The translations under genes were made by a program, and so were the position numbers. 64,000 bases of DNA, from assembly GCA_010909165.1 (NCBI GenBank), contig MU008159.1, positions 248,001 to 312,000 of the forward strand. Reading direction: 5' to 3'. Under the pieces are notes generated by a model. It did not search any database. It was given only the letters and a program-made list of their open reading frames with translations, and had not been told where the DNA came from. The stretch comes from Anthoceros angustus (lineage: Eukaryota; Plantae; Anthocerotophyta). Below, piece by piece: positions 63,881 through 64,000 of the stretch. Positions within the stretch are counted from its first letter, which is position 1. The number at the start of each line of letters is the position of its first letter.

Positions 63881-64000
63881 CCTCCGATTAATATTCACGA
63901 AGGGGTTTCACGGAAATATCCTCAAGGGGTTTGACATCCGCAACTCGTGGTTATAGAGGTATGAATGAATATAGGCGAAAAGAAGGGTGAACTGTGTGAA

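Overview
Eukaryotic nuclear DNA from a gene-dense, short-intron land-plant genome. A hornwort such as Anthoceros is the most likely source (inference from a radial-spoke RSP2-like gene, which implies flagellated sperm, and a DYW:KP-type PPR remnant ending in 'GRP'). The window holds about 14 apparently intact protein genes: a DExH6/YTHDC2-like helicase, an EG45-like protein, a trihelix-NMNAT fusion, Pol eta, RWDD4, SSU72, RSP2-like, C3HC zinc finger/NIPA, TBL, a DUF815 ATPase, NOL12, RING-H2, a MAPKK and PHT4;6. It also contains one tRNA-Ile(AAU), three damaged genes (CYP85-clan P450, PPR-DYW:KP, GNA lectin with a triplicated 5' half), a full-length degenerate Ty1/copia element, Ty3/gypsy remnants, MITE-like elements and tandem repeats. 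The two most striking observations: (1) the NAD+-synthesising NMNAT exons have no start codon of their own and splice in frame to an upstream trihelix (Myb/SANT-like) DNA-binding exon; (2) a U-to-C-editing-type PPR-DYW:KP gene carries an N-terminal OSB-type 'PDF' ssDNA-binding motif. Exon boundaries were read by eye. Family calls rest on recalled motifs, not database searches.
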